A stretch of DNA of 64,000 bases. Source: Octopus vulgaris (taxonomy: Eukaryota). A model generated the notes under the pieces. The model did not search any database and was not told the DNA's origin. It saw nothing but the letters and a program-made list of their open reading frames with translations. The first letter of the stretch is position 1, and every line of letters starts with the position of its first letter. This document shows positions 49,776 through 64,000 of the stretch, one piece after another. The translations under genes and the position numbers were made by a program. The DNA lies in assembly GCA_951406725.2 (NCBI GenBank), contig OX597831.1, positions 9,486,001 to 9,550,000 of the forward strand, written 5' to 3'.

Positions 49776-50190
49776 CAACTACGTTGTGTGACCGGAACAA
49801 GTTGATTTTCGGTTCCATTGAAACTATCTTCTTGGATGTCGGAGATGTAATGTTAAGTAAACTATCCCATTTATTTGTTTCAGAGGTTGGGTTGTGGCCA
49901 ACTGGGGCAACACCTTTGGGAGTTTAGTCGAAAGAATTGACCCTGTTTAAAATTCTTATGCTTGGCACATACATTTTTGGTCACGTATGCCAAACTTCTA
50001 GGTTACGTAAACTTAAAGACTTGTGGTGGTGGCGATACAAACACAAAGGGACACAAATACACACATACGCACACGCACGCACACACACACACACACACAC
50101 ACACAAAGGCATACACACAAAGGCATGATGGTCTTCTGCACAGTTTCCCAGGGTATATGTCCTGGAAGCTGGAGAGTGCCGACATCATTG

Positions 50191-50237
<47 letters not shown>

Positions 50238-50593
50238 TCTCCGTTCAGCCCCACTGCATGGCACATGGTTCTGGGTTCAGTGTGGCACCTTGGGCAAGTG
50301 TTTTATACTAAACCCTCTGATATTGGCCGAAATCTTGAGAGTGGATTCAGTAGACGGAAACTGAAGAATGCTCTCCGTTTATATATATGTATTTTCTCTT
50401 TTTTTCTTTACTTTTTTTTCTCTCCATTTTTTTCTGTCCTTGTTTCTCTCCTTGTTTTTTCTGTGTCCCTTTTTGTAGAAGAACGTAGGCTCGAAACGTA
50501 AAAGACTTTTTCTATTCCTGAGCGTTATACTAATACATCTGTTTGTTTTGTACACCACCTGTCTTTGTCTTTTTTTTTTTTTTCGCAAAATCT

Positions 50594-50649
<56 letters not shown>

Positions 50650-51182
50650 CTATGTGTGTGTGTTTAGTGTGTGTTCACGTGCTCGTAACTTAGTGGTTTC
50701 GATAGAATGAGTTACTGAGTTTCCAAAAACACGAAAGGTCCCGGATTGATTTGTTCGGCTAACATTCCTCACGACTGTGTCCCAGTATGGTCGCAATCTG
50801 ATGACTGAAATAAGTAACAAAAAGATGCAAGTGACGCGTTCCAGTAAAACCACCTTAGTCATCGACTAAGTCACCTTAGTCATAACGGAAGCCACTTACT
50901 CAAGTTGCCGCGTAGAAGTATTGAACCCTAACCGCAGTGATTGCAAGTCGATCCTCTGAACTACGCACACACAAGCTCCCTCCCACACACACAAACCTGT
51001 AACATATTGTCCAACCTTGGACCTGCTAGCATCCATCTTCCCTCGCCATGGATTAGTATCTAACTATTTTCCCTGATTTCGGATTTACCTAATGAATACC
51101 CTTTTTATCAGGTTTTAACTGCTTTTATTTGGAGCTTTCCCCGCATTCTAGGCATAATGAACAACAGAATTATCCATTACAT

Positions 51183-51298
51183 ATGTTTAACCTATCTCTC
51201 TCCGACGATGGAATAATCCGTGTATGGAATCTTCGTTCGACACGATGTTTCTATAGCTGGGATATCTTAGAAACGGCTGCCAGGGACTATCTAAACAT
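51183..51298 (+). ncRNA. Degenerate (probably inactive) type I hammerhead ribozyme
   Basis: TCTCT-CCGACGA-TGGAATA...TATCTTA-GAAAC-GGCT-GCC-AGGGA with outer ATGTTTA/TAAACAT pairing; two core T>C changes. Confidence 0.45.
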
Positions 51299-51858
51299 TT
51301 TATTATATATCTAAATTAGATGTCCTTGTTAAGCGTTGACAAACTTTTTGTCTTTACTTTTCTGCTTTAATATGTGTGTATGTGTGAACATGTATGAGTG
51401 TGTATATGTGTAAACATACATGTGAGCTGATGAAAATGTTATATATATTAATTATAGCAAGGTGTATGGTACCTCTTATCCGCGCAAACTTCCTACAACG
51501 AGGGTCTAAAAATTGAGAGATAAAAACTTGATAAAGAATATCTAATGACATAAAAATATGACTTATGATACTTCAATAATTATTTTGCCGTTTGATTTTT
51601 TTTTTTAAATTTCGCTTCAATTTTCACTTGATTTTCATGTAGAAGCGAGAGAAAATTAACATATGATATATCAAAGCGTGCATTATAGAGCTAAAGAAAA
51701 TAATTTAAGTCTATATAGGAGTTGATAGAAAATTTTGATAAAAGTCTTTTGTCCATAAGATGGTATCAAAAATCTCAACATTACACAAAAATGTGAATTC
51801 AATAAATAAAATATTATGAACTAAATATAGTTTAATATTAAGAAAAATAATTATCGTG

Positions 51859-51921
<63 letters not shown>

Positions 51922-52214
51922 TGATTAATGTTAAGAATATTAATAATGATAATAATAATTATTCTAACAAGATAATGACAATAAAAATAATAATGATACT
52001 AATAACATCATCATCAACAACAACAACAACAACAGAAGAGGACGAGAAGTAAAATAGAAAGAAAGAATAAAGTAGAAAAATATCACAAAAAAAAAGAGAA
52101 AGAGAAGGTTGATGAAGAGGAAGGAGAAGAGGAGGCTGAAGAGTTGAAAGAAATTATATAGGAAAAGAAAAATAAGTAGAAACACTTGTGCAAGAAGAAA
52201 TCTTTAAATTCTAT

Positions 52215-52258
<44 letters not shown>

Positions 52259-52307
52259 TATATATATATACATATGTATATACATATATATATATGCATA
52301 TATATAC

Positions 52308-52358
<51 letters not shown>

Positions 52359-52434
52359 CATACACGGTGAATTGAATTTGCATGTATAAATATACATATG
52401 TTAATTGCTCAAATATGTATGTACATATGTGTGT

Positions 52435-52522
<88 letters not shown>

Positions 52523-52551
52523 ACAGTGATATATATATGTGTATATATATG

Positions 52552-52594
<43 letters not shown>

Positions 52595-52718
52595 CATGCC
52601 GCATGAAGTTATGAATACACATAAGACTTACACATGAAGGATTGTTAAGTGTATGTCTTCATTGATTCATATGTGCAATTATATCTCTGAGTATATGAAA
52701 AAACATACGCATATATAC

Positions 52719-52755
<37 letters not shown>

Positions 52756-52765
52756 TATATGTATG

Positions 52766-52807
<42 letters not shown>

Positions 52808-52845
52808 CTATATGCACATATATATATATTTGTGTGTACATACAT

Positions 52846-52885
<40 letters not shown>

Positions 52886-52900
52886 ACTCACACACACATT
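52215..52900. repeat. (CA)n/(TA)n/(TACA)n microsatellite cluster
   Basis: Direct inspection. Confidence 0.95.
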
Positions 52901-53171
52901 TTAATGCGTTTATATATCTATATATAACTGATTCTTCGTAACCGTATACATTGACTAATGAATAAAAACTTGTCAATAAAAGTATATATGATTGCATTTC
53001 ATTCATACTTCCCGAAATTTACGTATACATATGTGTGTGTGCGCACGTGTGTGTGTATGTGTGTGTGGATCGTTGAGAAATATTTATATCTTCATAATAT
53101 TTCTTACTATTTATTGGGATTCTGAAAAGGAGATATATATTTTACATTGTGTGTCTTCATATTCACATCCT

Positions 53172-53322
<151 letters not shown>

Positions 53323-54279
53323 TTATATATAATTATATATATTCATATATATACATGTATTATAGACTAGTAGATAGAGACGAATGTATGTTGACATATA
53401 CATATATATACGTATATATATATGCGTGGGTGCATGAATCTATATACACGCATACATATGTAGGCATCTGCTCTGCATTCAGTAACTGTTCTTTGATATT
53501 CCACGAATCCCATTGTATTAGTTTGAATGATGGGAAATGCAAAGTGAAAATGAAAATTATTATATTGTGGAGTTGAAGAAAATAAATACCGTATATTAGA
53601 AAATCTCATTCCATTCGCTACGGGGGTGTTTGAACATAGAAATTATTTGAATTAGATGCCTAGATGCCATCTAATACATAATATACGATTATGCTTGTAA
53701 GCGTGTATAATGTGTAAGTTAATGCATGAATGTATGTATACGCTTAGCACTATGTATATTCTGATATATATATATATGTGTGTTTGTGTGTGTGTGAATT
53801 TTTATGTGTAATTTTATTTGTATACTTGTATATGTATATTTACTTAGATGTGGTGTGTGTGTGTTTGTGTATCTCTGTGTATCTCTGTGTATCTATGTAT
53901 TCATATATATCAAATAGGGAGTAAAAGCATAACTTAAGTAACGGCATAGGTTCTCATCGGATTAAATGTAATTATGCTCCAGTTTCTATGCTAAGAATAC
54001 TTTCGTCGTCACTTACACACACACACATACACACACAGACACGCATACACACATGCACACACACAACACACACATGTGCACACAAACATACAAGGACACA
54101 AACACATACACACGCTCACTCACACACACATGCACACACCACACACACATCACAATGTCTCAGAGTTTTGGTAACACCAGCAAAAAAAAAAAATCCACGT
54201 TCCATATTTTTATTGAATTTTGATTTCTCTTTATAAGACTGGTGACATTTTACTTTTTTTCTGACCAGTGACTCGTACG

Positions 54280-54472
54280 TACATACATACATACATACAT
54301 ACATATATTCATACATACATATATTCATACATACATATATACATACATACATACATACATACATACATACATACATACATACATACACACATACATACAG
54401 ACATACATACATACATACATACATACATACATACATACATACATACATACATACATACATACATACATACAT
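54280..54472. repeat. (TACA)n microsatellite
   Basis: Direct inspection. Confidence 0.95.
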
Positions 54473-54566
54473 AACAAAAATACACTGTTGTTGATGTTGA
54501 AATTCCAATGGCTAGATATTGGCTCTTTCTCTATAGGCAAGACATTTTGAAATAGAATTGAATAAT

Positions 54567-54606
<40 letters not shown>

Positions 54607-54867
54607 TACTTACATATAGATACATATGTATATACATACATACACATATATCGACATCAACTAGTGTCCACTTCTCACTCCTTCTCTCCAAATATATATA
54701 TATCTGTGTGTGTGTGTGTGTGTATATTTGTTGAATATGCATTTTGGAGTCCTATCATCAGTGTCGTCCAAGCATGCCGACCTAGGCTGGGGAAGCGTCG
54801 ACTGGTGTTAATGCAGCAATCTATTAACCCTTACTGATTTCCACTATTCAACCAGATCTGTCTATAT

Positions 54868-55197
54868 CAAGGGTTCTCAACCATATTTTTACCTAAGGAC
54901 CCCTTTAATTACTCCCAAAGCCATTCGATGTTTAAAAACTAGTTTTATGGAAACAGCTTTGGGAATTCTTATATTGTCTTTTCACACATTCACTTGTGTA
55001 GGTTGAACTGTGCAAAATGTTAAAGAAAGAAAACTAGCTCTTTCTTGCAATATATACCAATGCAAACGTCGAAAGTAAAATGTTTTAAAGAACTCTTAAA
55101 ATCCTATTGCAGATCACGAATTTAACATTTTGTTATGTGGATTCTCAATCTCATATGGACCCTCAGGGGCCATAAGGTCCCCGGCCGAGAACCACTC
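54868..55197. mobile_element. hAT-superfamily MITE (~330 bp)
   Basis: Ends CAAGGGTTCTCAACC / GGCCGAGAACCACTC (decayed CAGGGGTTCTCAACC TIR); 8-bp TSD GTCTATAT / ATCTATAT. Confidence 0.7.
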
Positions 55198-56523
55198 ATC
55201 TATATTCCACCTCAGTATCTTCTACGCACTTCTTATTCGCTCATATGGTCGTTTCTCTAACGCCAAACTTTGCTTAATCCTTATCCTGTTTACGACCTAC
55301 GAAGAATCTCTTACTGTTCATCTGTTGTATATTAGTATCGCTCTTTCTCTCCCTCCGTCCCTCTCTCTCTTTCTCTATCATATATCTATCTATCTATGTG
55401 TTTGTCTGTTGGTGTGTGTGTGTGTATGTGTGTGTTTGTGTGTATATGTGTCTGCGTGTATGTGTGTGTGTGTGTATACATCTATGCATGTGTAAGGATA
55501 CACTGGTCTTTGTAATGCAACTTACGATCTTGAACACATAAAGCCATAAACCTGGAGCTTTATAATTCTGATTATTCTTTTCTGAGGAAAGAACCTACTC
55601 GTTATCTTGTATGCACATCGTCTCTACTTACCCGCACATCCTAATTAATAATCTTGCTTTGAAATGTTCCCTGGCAATCTCAAATCTAACCGTTAACATA
55701 CACATCTGTAATAACCAAGCAACCTCCAACACCGGAGCTCTTGCTAGGGGGATTTCGAGAGGTGAAAGAGTATTTACAACCCACCAATCAGATACAAGTT
55801 ATCCTGCAGTGAGGAGTAGGAACCATAATTGAAGAAACATCATATAATAACCCTCCATTTAGAGTTAATCAGCTAGTTTAAACTTTCTTCCGTCTTCTTT
55901 TGAAACACTTTCATCAACAGCATAAATATACCGTTGGCTATATTGAATAAAACTTTAGAATTAGGTTGATTCTCTCAACTTTATTTGTCAAAAGCATTAG
56001 CCACCCTCTTCTCACATTCTTAGGATAACATATACAGAAATACCAACTAGAGCAATATTATCTTGATTACCTGACTTTTAGACTATAAATGTAAATACAG
56101 GCATTTAATCAGTTTCCAAGCCAGGGATTGTATGGCCCCCATCCATGGCATGGCAAACTGCTGTTAAGTCACAGAAAATTTCTAGAATCAGAGCGACCAC
56201 AGTCTAATTGAAAGAGGCCAAACAACTACAAATTAATTTCTCCCTAAAATAGTCTATCATTAGTCTATACATTGATTTTCATTCAGAGAAACATGTACAC
56301 ATACACAAAAAAAACACATTCACACGCCCCCCATACACATTCATACACACGCTCACACGGACACACATATACACAGGCACATGCTCACACAGACACACAT
56401 ACATATAAGTGTAAAATATATGTCGAGTAAATAATTCAATCGGTAGGACGTATTCAGCGTCTCTTTGCAGCATATAGGCATGATAGCCTTTGTGCCCTTA
56501 AGTGTAATTGTACCCTACACAGC

Positions 56524-56525
56524 TA

Positions 56526-56620
<95 letters not shown>
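56524..56620. repeat. (TATC)n microsatellite (unoccupied)
   Basis: Direct inspection. Confidence 0.95.
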
Positions 56621-58136
56621 ATATATATACAAATCATTGCTTTTGTCTTAGGTTTCATAATGACCGAACGTTGTGACACCATTAGAAAGCCTTGCATGAA
56701 TTAAATGTTATTGCTTTGAAGTCCAACATTTGGTAAAACCGTCTAAAAGCAATTGTTTATATTTGTCTGTTAACCTTCTGTGCAATGTTGAAACGTTTCT
56801 GGTGGGTAAGAAACTTGACCAAGTCGAAGCTGTTACATGCGACGCATTCTACTTTCCAGAGAAGCAAAATTTGCAGAACAAACAGCAGCTAAAAGTTTCG
56901 AATACACTCACCAATTACAAATATTTCATTGTGCTTTCCTTGAAAAACTTATTATGTATACAGGATAAATATTGAGCGGTACACCATTTGTTGGGCGGTA
57001 CACCATTTGTTGACAATACAGCTGATGGTGTTAGACTAGCAGTGAGTTTTATTGCGTTACAAAGAAATTAAACTGCTCAAGATCTTCTCTACTATAGAAC
57101 TCGGCTTGAAATCTTGGAGGAGGAGGTCTCGTTGATTTCCTCGATTCCAGTATTTGACTGGCACTTATTTTATCGACTCCCGAAAATATAAACCACAAAA
57201 TCGATATCAGCGGACAAAATGTCGCTATGCATGTCGTCCGGCGTCCTAATGATTAATCCAGCTCACTGCCTTCAGGATAGATTTAATAAGTAACTGAATT
57301 GCTTAAAGAGAAGAAGTGAAATCGCTATGAGGTTCCAATTGTTTTGCCACGATTTAAAATCATATTCCGATGACATTCTTACTTCTTAACGAGTTAGAGT
57401 AAAGTTTTAATCGAGAATCTATCCTGCTAACCAAAGAAATAACGATCCTTTACAAATCACAAGTAGAGACGACCTATCTTTATCTCTAACAAGTACTGAT
57501 GCTGAGATTGGATAAAAACAAAAAAAAAAATTGCAAAATAGCATGGAAGATCTCACAGAAAAAGGTAATAGAGTAAACAGGAAATACGAAATATTAATTT
57601 TTATTTTACTAAACGATCTTGTATTCAAAAGAAATAATTTCTTCAGAAGTTATAAAATTTGTAGGTGTCAATGGAAACATTTTATGCGTGTTATATTAGA
57701 AAAATAGCGTATGATTATAAACCATAAAACATTCCTGTTTTTGTGGAGTAGAATAAATGTGAAATTAATAGGCGCTGATATATCTCTGTTTTAGTTTTTT
57801 CATTAATGGCGGAAAACATTACACCATTGGAAAAAATGAAAATTTTAAATAATTAGTATAAATGTTCGTTAAAACATTGTTTCTATTGTAATTATCAGTA
57901 TTCATAGAAATAAAATTTATGATAAAATAACTAATTTAGAACAATTAATATTCAAATTTCGTTATTACTTAATAAATTTTACTGGTTATATTTATGTTAC
58001 AGGAATGACTAGGGAACCATAGCATGAAATTAACGATTCTATGTATTGGGATGTGCATGAGGTAGAACGGTTGCGAAAACTCTGATTCGATTCACTTATA
58101 CAATTTTACCATTAATAATTCGACACATGCACATAT

Positions 58137-58177
<41 letters not shown>

Positions 58178-58183
58178 TAGATC

Positions 58184-58214
<31 letters not shown>

Positions 58215-60213
58215 TGAATGGGGGTATATGTGTGGATATGCATATTAATGTGCATATATCCATATAAATGCATATAGATTCATACACATGCATATATATA
58301 TATATGTGTGTATATGTAAATGTATATATATATATATATTTTACATGTGTGAGCGCGTGTGCATGTGTACATATATATGTAGTCAAATCTTTGTATGTAT
58401 GTATGTATGTATGTATGTATGTACGTATGTAAGTATGTGTGTATCTATGCATGTGTAAGTGTCTATGTATGTATCTATCCATGTATATATGCACAGATGT
58501 GTGTGTATGTGTCTGTGTGTGTGTGTGTGCATGTATGTGCGTCTGTATTTGTGTGTATTTCTGTGTGCGTTTCTGAGTGTGTCCCTTGTACACTACTAAA
58601 GCGCGCAACAACATTTTTCGAAAGCTGAAAAGCAAAGAACGTATCTTCACAATCGGATGATATTTGTGAGTCAAATGAGATGAATATCAACTACACACTC
58701 GAATGGCCAATAACATGTTGCGCGAAATGTTTTACCAGTAATAAAAGGAGTTGCACTGTACGACCTAATGGATGTATAACAACATTATTTGCAAATGGCA
58801 ATCAACAAAATAGATACAGAAAATTACAGAAGACCTCATAATCTCTTAGCAACTTCAGTTGAACCTGAAGATGACCAAAATCATGGTTTGCGGTCAATGT
58901 ATTCAAATAAACACGCCAAGGCGGTGCACCAGCATGGCCGCAGTCCAATGACTGAATCAAACGAATGAAGGTGAAATATGTCCATTCGCTAACATTCAGC
59001 CAAAGTGTAGAGACTCAAATTGTGCTCAGTAAGGACACTAAGTTTTAGTAGTTGAGGACAACTCACTGAACTCAGTTATTGAACTGATCATAACTTGTTT
59101 TTTACTCCCTTCTTTCTTTCGTCGTAACACCTTTGTATCTGAGGTTTGCGGTTTTGCTTTTTTTTTTTTTCCTACCAACATTAATTAGCGTAAAAACATA
59201 ACTCATATTCTGTCTCCATTAACAGTATCGAAAATTAGAAAGGTTAGCCCATCGGGTAAAACCCATTGCGTCATTCCTGACTGCTTTTCAGATTTTACGT
59301 TCAATTTCCGCTGGGGTCAACTGTGTATTCTCATTTTTCCAGTTCGTTAAAATAAATTCATGTCGAGAAGTAGCATCGATCGAACCTATAATCCCACGTC
59401 TCTAGAATTATTTGCATTGAACGTTCACAGTTTATTTTCTGATATTCAGTTGATGTCTTACACACAGTTATCGTTGTTCATACAGTAATTTTTCTTCTTT
59501 TTTTTTCTTTTAATCATTATATCTCGGACTGTCATGCATACAGGCACGTCCACGTACGCACATATTCACAGGTATTTATATACACACACGAATACACACG
59601 GATAACGAAAGAGCATTCTCTTTTCCAGTTAACTCTAGATTTATTTAAGTAACACACACGCACTCACATATATACATATACATTTATGCATATACATATG
59701 TATGGGTATTTTCATCCAAAATATACACCACTACCACACCTCCATGTGACACGCTTGAAAAATTGTGAAGGTCTTCCATATGAAACCATTGGTTGCTAAG
59801 TTAAGAATACCCGCCACTCCCGGTATTCAACACTCATTCCTAGTCTTCGATATTAGCATTATATGGTGTGTATGTGTGTGTACGTGTGTATGTGTGTGTC
59901 TGTGTGTTTGTGTGTGTGCGTGCGTGGGTGTACCACGTGCTTCCACGCGGTTTTCGTGTACGAAACTCAGTCAAAAAGTATTGAGCGATCCGTATCTTGC
60001 CCAAGAAGTTGATACGGGCCTAAGTTTCCATGCGGTGGGACTGAACCCGAAACTACATGATTGCAATGTCAGTCACTTTACCGTAGAACCATGCCAGCAT
60101 GTAATTATCTAAAAATTTATTGAGGCTTTCTTTCTGCATATTTTTGCATGGAAAATATATTTTGTAACATAAAACATTTTTGATAGAAAACTAATTTAAT
60201 AAACATTCGCTAA

Positions 60214-60755
60214 AAGGCGGTGAGCTGGCAGAAACGTTAGCCCGCCGGGCGAAATGCGTAGACGTATTTCGTCTGTCGTTACGTTGTGAGTTCAAATTCC
60301 GCCGAGGTCGACTTTGCCTTTCATCCTTTCGGGGTCGATAAGTTAAGTACCAGTTACGCACTGGGGTCGATGTAATCGACTTAATACCTATGTCTGTCCT
60401 TGTTTGTCCCCCTCTGTGTTTAGCCCCTTGTGGGTAGTAAAGAAATACGTATTTCGTCTGCCGTTACGATTTGAGTTCAAATTCCACCGAGGTTGAGTTT
60501 GCCTTCGGGGTCAATTAAATAAGTACCAGTTACGCACTGAAGCCGATATAATCGACTTAATCCGTTTGTCTGTCCTTGTTTGTCCTCTCTGTGTTTAGCC
60601 TCTTGTGGGTGGTAAAGAAATAGGTATTTCGTCTGCCGCTACGTTCTGAGTTCAAATTCCGCCGAGGTCGACTTTTGCCTTTCATCCTTTCGGGGTCGTT
60701 TGTCTGTCCTTGTTTGTCTCTTCTACGTTTAACCCCTTGTTGACAGTAAAGTAAT
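60214..60755 (+). mobile_element. Family A SINE, head plus three tandem body units
   Basis: GTATTTCGTCTG restarts at ~60263, ~60448 and ~60623; units 2 and 3 carry internal deletions. Confidence 0.9.
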
Positions 60756-61595
60756 ATATAAGAATTCCGTTCCTGCTTTATACTGTTATCTCCATCTCCT
60801 TCCTCACTCCTCTCATCCCGTCCGGAGTTCTCTCTTCACTGAATTTCTTTATTAAGCATATTCATTCTTAACACTCCTGAGTAAATTCAGACGCAACGTA
60901 TCCTGGTCACTGTAGAGTATGCCATAAGGGAATTAATAGAATTAGTACACTAGATACAATATTTATGAAACGAGAAATATTTTATAGAGACTGATCAATT
61001 GATTTAACAAATTGAAAACTTATCGACGAAGATAACGTATTTTTAATCTCACATTTTGCCAGTTAGAGTATATACGTCTGACTAGTTAGTGTGTGTTTTA
61101 CTAAGTTCAGCACAACTGAGTAACTAATTTGAACAAAACGTCAGTGGTTGCACATATTTTCCTCAGAACTGATGCTCGATGTCAATGCTTGTAAGCAGAT
61201 GTAGTTCTAGACAGACTAATTCAGTTTTATGCGAGTTTGTCTATTCAACAAATAATTAGATGACAGCTGTGAGTTACTTGCCTTACAGATGACGTGCGTG
61301 TACACGGCTGTAATCGTCTTATATTTATTGAAATAATATTTTATGTATGATATTGGAAACTGAACAACTATCAGTGGTTACCAAAGCACAGAAACAACTG
61401 TTGTAGTTTGTGATTGAATACTACTCGTTCTATGTTCTTGTTTTATAAATGTTTATAAACATTCTGCGTACACTATCGGATTCGCACATGTATATCCAGT
61501 ATGATGACATATGATAGCCAATAAACGCATAGGAGCTTTGAAATGCACGTTGTAAGGTTATTTCCTAGATGATATATTATATGCATACATACTAT

Positions 61596-61816
61596 AAGGC
61601 GGCGAGCTGGCAGAAACGTTAGCACGCTTAGCAGTATTTCGTCTGCTGCTTCATTCTGAGATGAAATTCCGCCGAGGTCGACTGTGTCTTTCATCCTTTC
61701 GGGGTCGATAAATAAAGTACCAGTTACGCACTGGGGTCGATGTAATCGACTTAATTCCTTTGTCTGTCCTTGTTTGTCCCCTCTATGTTTAGCCCCTTGT
61801 GGCCAATAAAGAAATA
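61596..61816 (+). mobile_element. Family A SINE monomer with Tx1-like tail
   Basis: AAGGCGGCGAGCTGGCAGAAACGTTAGC...GTGGCCAATAAAGAAAT; possible 14-bp TSD TATATGCATACATA (61578-61591 / 61817-61830). Confidence 0.9.
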
Positions 61817-63064
61817 TATATGCATACATATACATATACAGTAAGAGAGAGAGAGAGAAAGAGAAAGAGAGAGCGAGAGAAAGAGAGAGGGAGAGAAAGA
61901 AGGAGGGAGAGAAAGAGAAAGCGAGAGGGAGAGAAAGGGAGAGAAAGAGAGAGGGAGAGAACGAGTTACAGTTTGTATAGTTTGCGTGAAATTTTGCGGA
62001 CATATGCCAAATGATTCAGAAATCCTCGACAATGCATTTGGGAAATGATACACAATTGACAAAAACAGAAAATAAAAAGAGAAAGAATGAACAAAAGAAT
62101 GAAATAAGTGATATTTTGAAAATTATTTCGCGATATTAACATATTTCGCGAAAAAAATAAGGCAAAAAGATAAACAAAGACAAGTTATCGAAGTGTGAAC
62201 ATAATATAAGAATGTCTGCGACTGTTGGTTATTTCAGTGGGTCATCAATTGTGTTGGTTTTGCGTGAAAATCGAAGCTGAAAATTGTGTTTCACTCTCTA
62301 CTTATGTCGGTATTTAGAAATCATATTTCTGAAAAGAGAAAAATGTGTGTAAGGAATTCTTTTCCATATTGGTTGGTCGGGGGGGAGGTGAATGTATGGA
62401 GCACTCTTACGATTGAAACTGCGCAATCGAGACACACTTATTTTAGATGGTTTTCATCCAATGAGGCGCGAATCGAGAGGTGTTATTTGATAACATTATG
62501 ACAATGCAAAAATGTTCATTTGTGAAGATATCGCCTGGACTTTTGTGCCACGAAGCACATGCAAGATGAGGTTAGAAGAAGAGAGAGAGAGAGAGGAAGA
62601 TAGAGAGAAAGAGGAGAAATAAGAAAACGCACACATGTATATGTAATGCGTATATGTGTATTTGTGTGTGTGTATGTGAATATGGTTATATCCATCAATG
62701 TACGTATTATACATATATAAATTGATATATGCATTCATATATACATACATGATATTTGTCACCTATACTTACATATATACACAATGCCCACGCCCTATGC
62801 GCAGAGACACCTCCGCGCGCGCGTGCACACATGCGCACGCATATATATGCATATCAATCCTCGGGTCACGGCTCCGCTGCGACAGAACTATTTCCCCTTA
62901 GCTGCCCCCTCTATTTTGAACTTCATGCTTGGAGGCGTAAGAGAAGAGAAGTACCTCATGACATTCAAGCGGTTCCCTGGCGAATATCCCCAGCAAAATT
63001 CCAGATAAACCACCTACACCCGGATATATCTCTGGAAACAATAAATCTTTATTCGAACGGACTC

Positions 63065-63297
63065 CGAGCTGGCAGAAACGTTAGCACGCCGGGCGAAATG
63101 CTTAGCAGTATTTCGTCTGCCGTTACGTTCTGAGTTCAAATTCCGCCGAGATCGACTTTGCCTTTCATCCTTTCGGGGTCGATAAGTTAAGTACCAGTTA
63201 CGCACTGGGGTCGATATAATCGACTTAATCCCTTTGTCTATCCTTATTTGTCTTCTCTGTGTTTAGCCTCTTGTGAGTAGTAAAGAAATAGGTATTT
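63065..63297 (+). mobile_element. Family A SINE monomer ending in the first bases of a second unit (GGTATTT)
   Basis: Near-identical to unit 1 of the copy at 60214. Confidence 0.9.
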
Positions 63298-63921
63298 AAA
63301 GAATGACTGTAATATGAAGTGTCATTAAATGTCTTTTCCAGGTAGGGATATTTAGTTAGACATGAACTGGACCAATTCAGGCCTAAACCTTTCTAGAAAC
63401 AAAGAGAGTACGACGTTTCGATATAAAAAATCCCCATAGATAAGCCAATTTCAGGGTTTTTTGTTAATATATATATATATGCCTAAGTGGAAAATATTCC
63501 ATCGATTCAAAAAGAGTTTGAGGACTGCGAATCTATCATAAGTCCATGACAATCGATATGGATTTTATATCTTTAGCACATGTGTAATTATAGTGTTGTA
63601 TTGAAAAGAAACAGATTTCACGTTTAGAAAAGAACCCTGTCTGGAGCAGGGCAACCATCGACGAAAATAAGACGAAGTGACGAACGGGATTGGGGTTGGC
63701 AAATATTTAAGAGGAAGGACAAAATATGAGGGAGGAATATCATCTGCATATAACACAAAAAAAAGCATTGGGATTAACAGTAATACTATTTATCCTTTCT
63801 ACTAAAGGCACAAGGCCTGAAATTTCAGGGGAGGGAGATAGTCGATTACAGAGACTGAAGTACTTAACTAGCACTTATTATATCAGTTGACCCCGGCGGA
63901 ATTTCCACTCACAACGAAACC

Positions 63922-63981
<60 letters not shown>

Positions 63982-64000
63982 TTTAATAATTTTAATAATT
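63922..64000. repeat. (TAA)n microsatellite
   Basis: Direct inspection. Confidence 0.95.

Noticed and set aside
56974-57012. 19-bp tandem duplication GCGGTACACCATTTGTTG
   Set aside because: Ordinary local duplication with no associated element.
58860-58905. CTGAAGATGACC...GGTC motif like a Penelope hammerhead
   Set aside because: GAAA and the cleavage triplet are absent.
60214-60755. Regularly spaced repeats resembling a CRISPR array
   Set aside because: Units are ~130-185-bp SINE bodies with no unique spacers; eukaryotic context, no cas genes.
63565-63768. ORF containing LYADD
   Set aside because: No other RT motifs around it; likely chance.

Overview
AT-rich eukaryotic non-coding DNA with no recognisable host gene. 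It is packed with microsatellites ((TA)n, (TAA)n, (GAT)n, (TATC)n, (CA)n, (TACA)n), tRNA-derived SINEs and retro/DNA-transposon relics. The repeat mix suggests an octopus/coleoid cephalopod genome (inference). Nearly all ORFs in the track are microsatellite artefacts. The real coding relics are two mariner transposases, an RTE LINE 3' end, two L1/Tx1-clade ORF2 fragments sitting at (TATC)n, an R4/Dong-type LINE, and one long gag-like ORF1. Most notable: (1) a complete 2.25-kb ORF1-only ('half-L1'-like) retroelement at 40603-42849, with a perfect 17-bp target-site duplication, an Inr/DPE-like 5' end and no RT, nested inside a SINE; (2) a young Meta-domain SINE whose 3' tail matches the Tx1 LINE 3' end (37/46 nt, ungapped), with a similar terminal mini-hairpin in the ORF1-only element, suggesting a LINE / half-LINE / SINE trio; (3) an intact-looking type I hammerhead ribozyme at the tip of a ~190-bp foldback (4726-4915), plus decayed relatives. 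Coordinates were read by eye, and family names come from motif recognition, not database searches.
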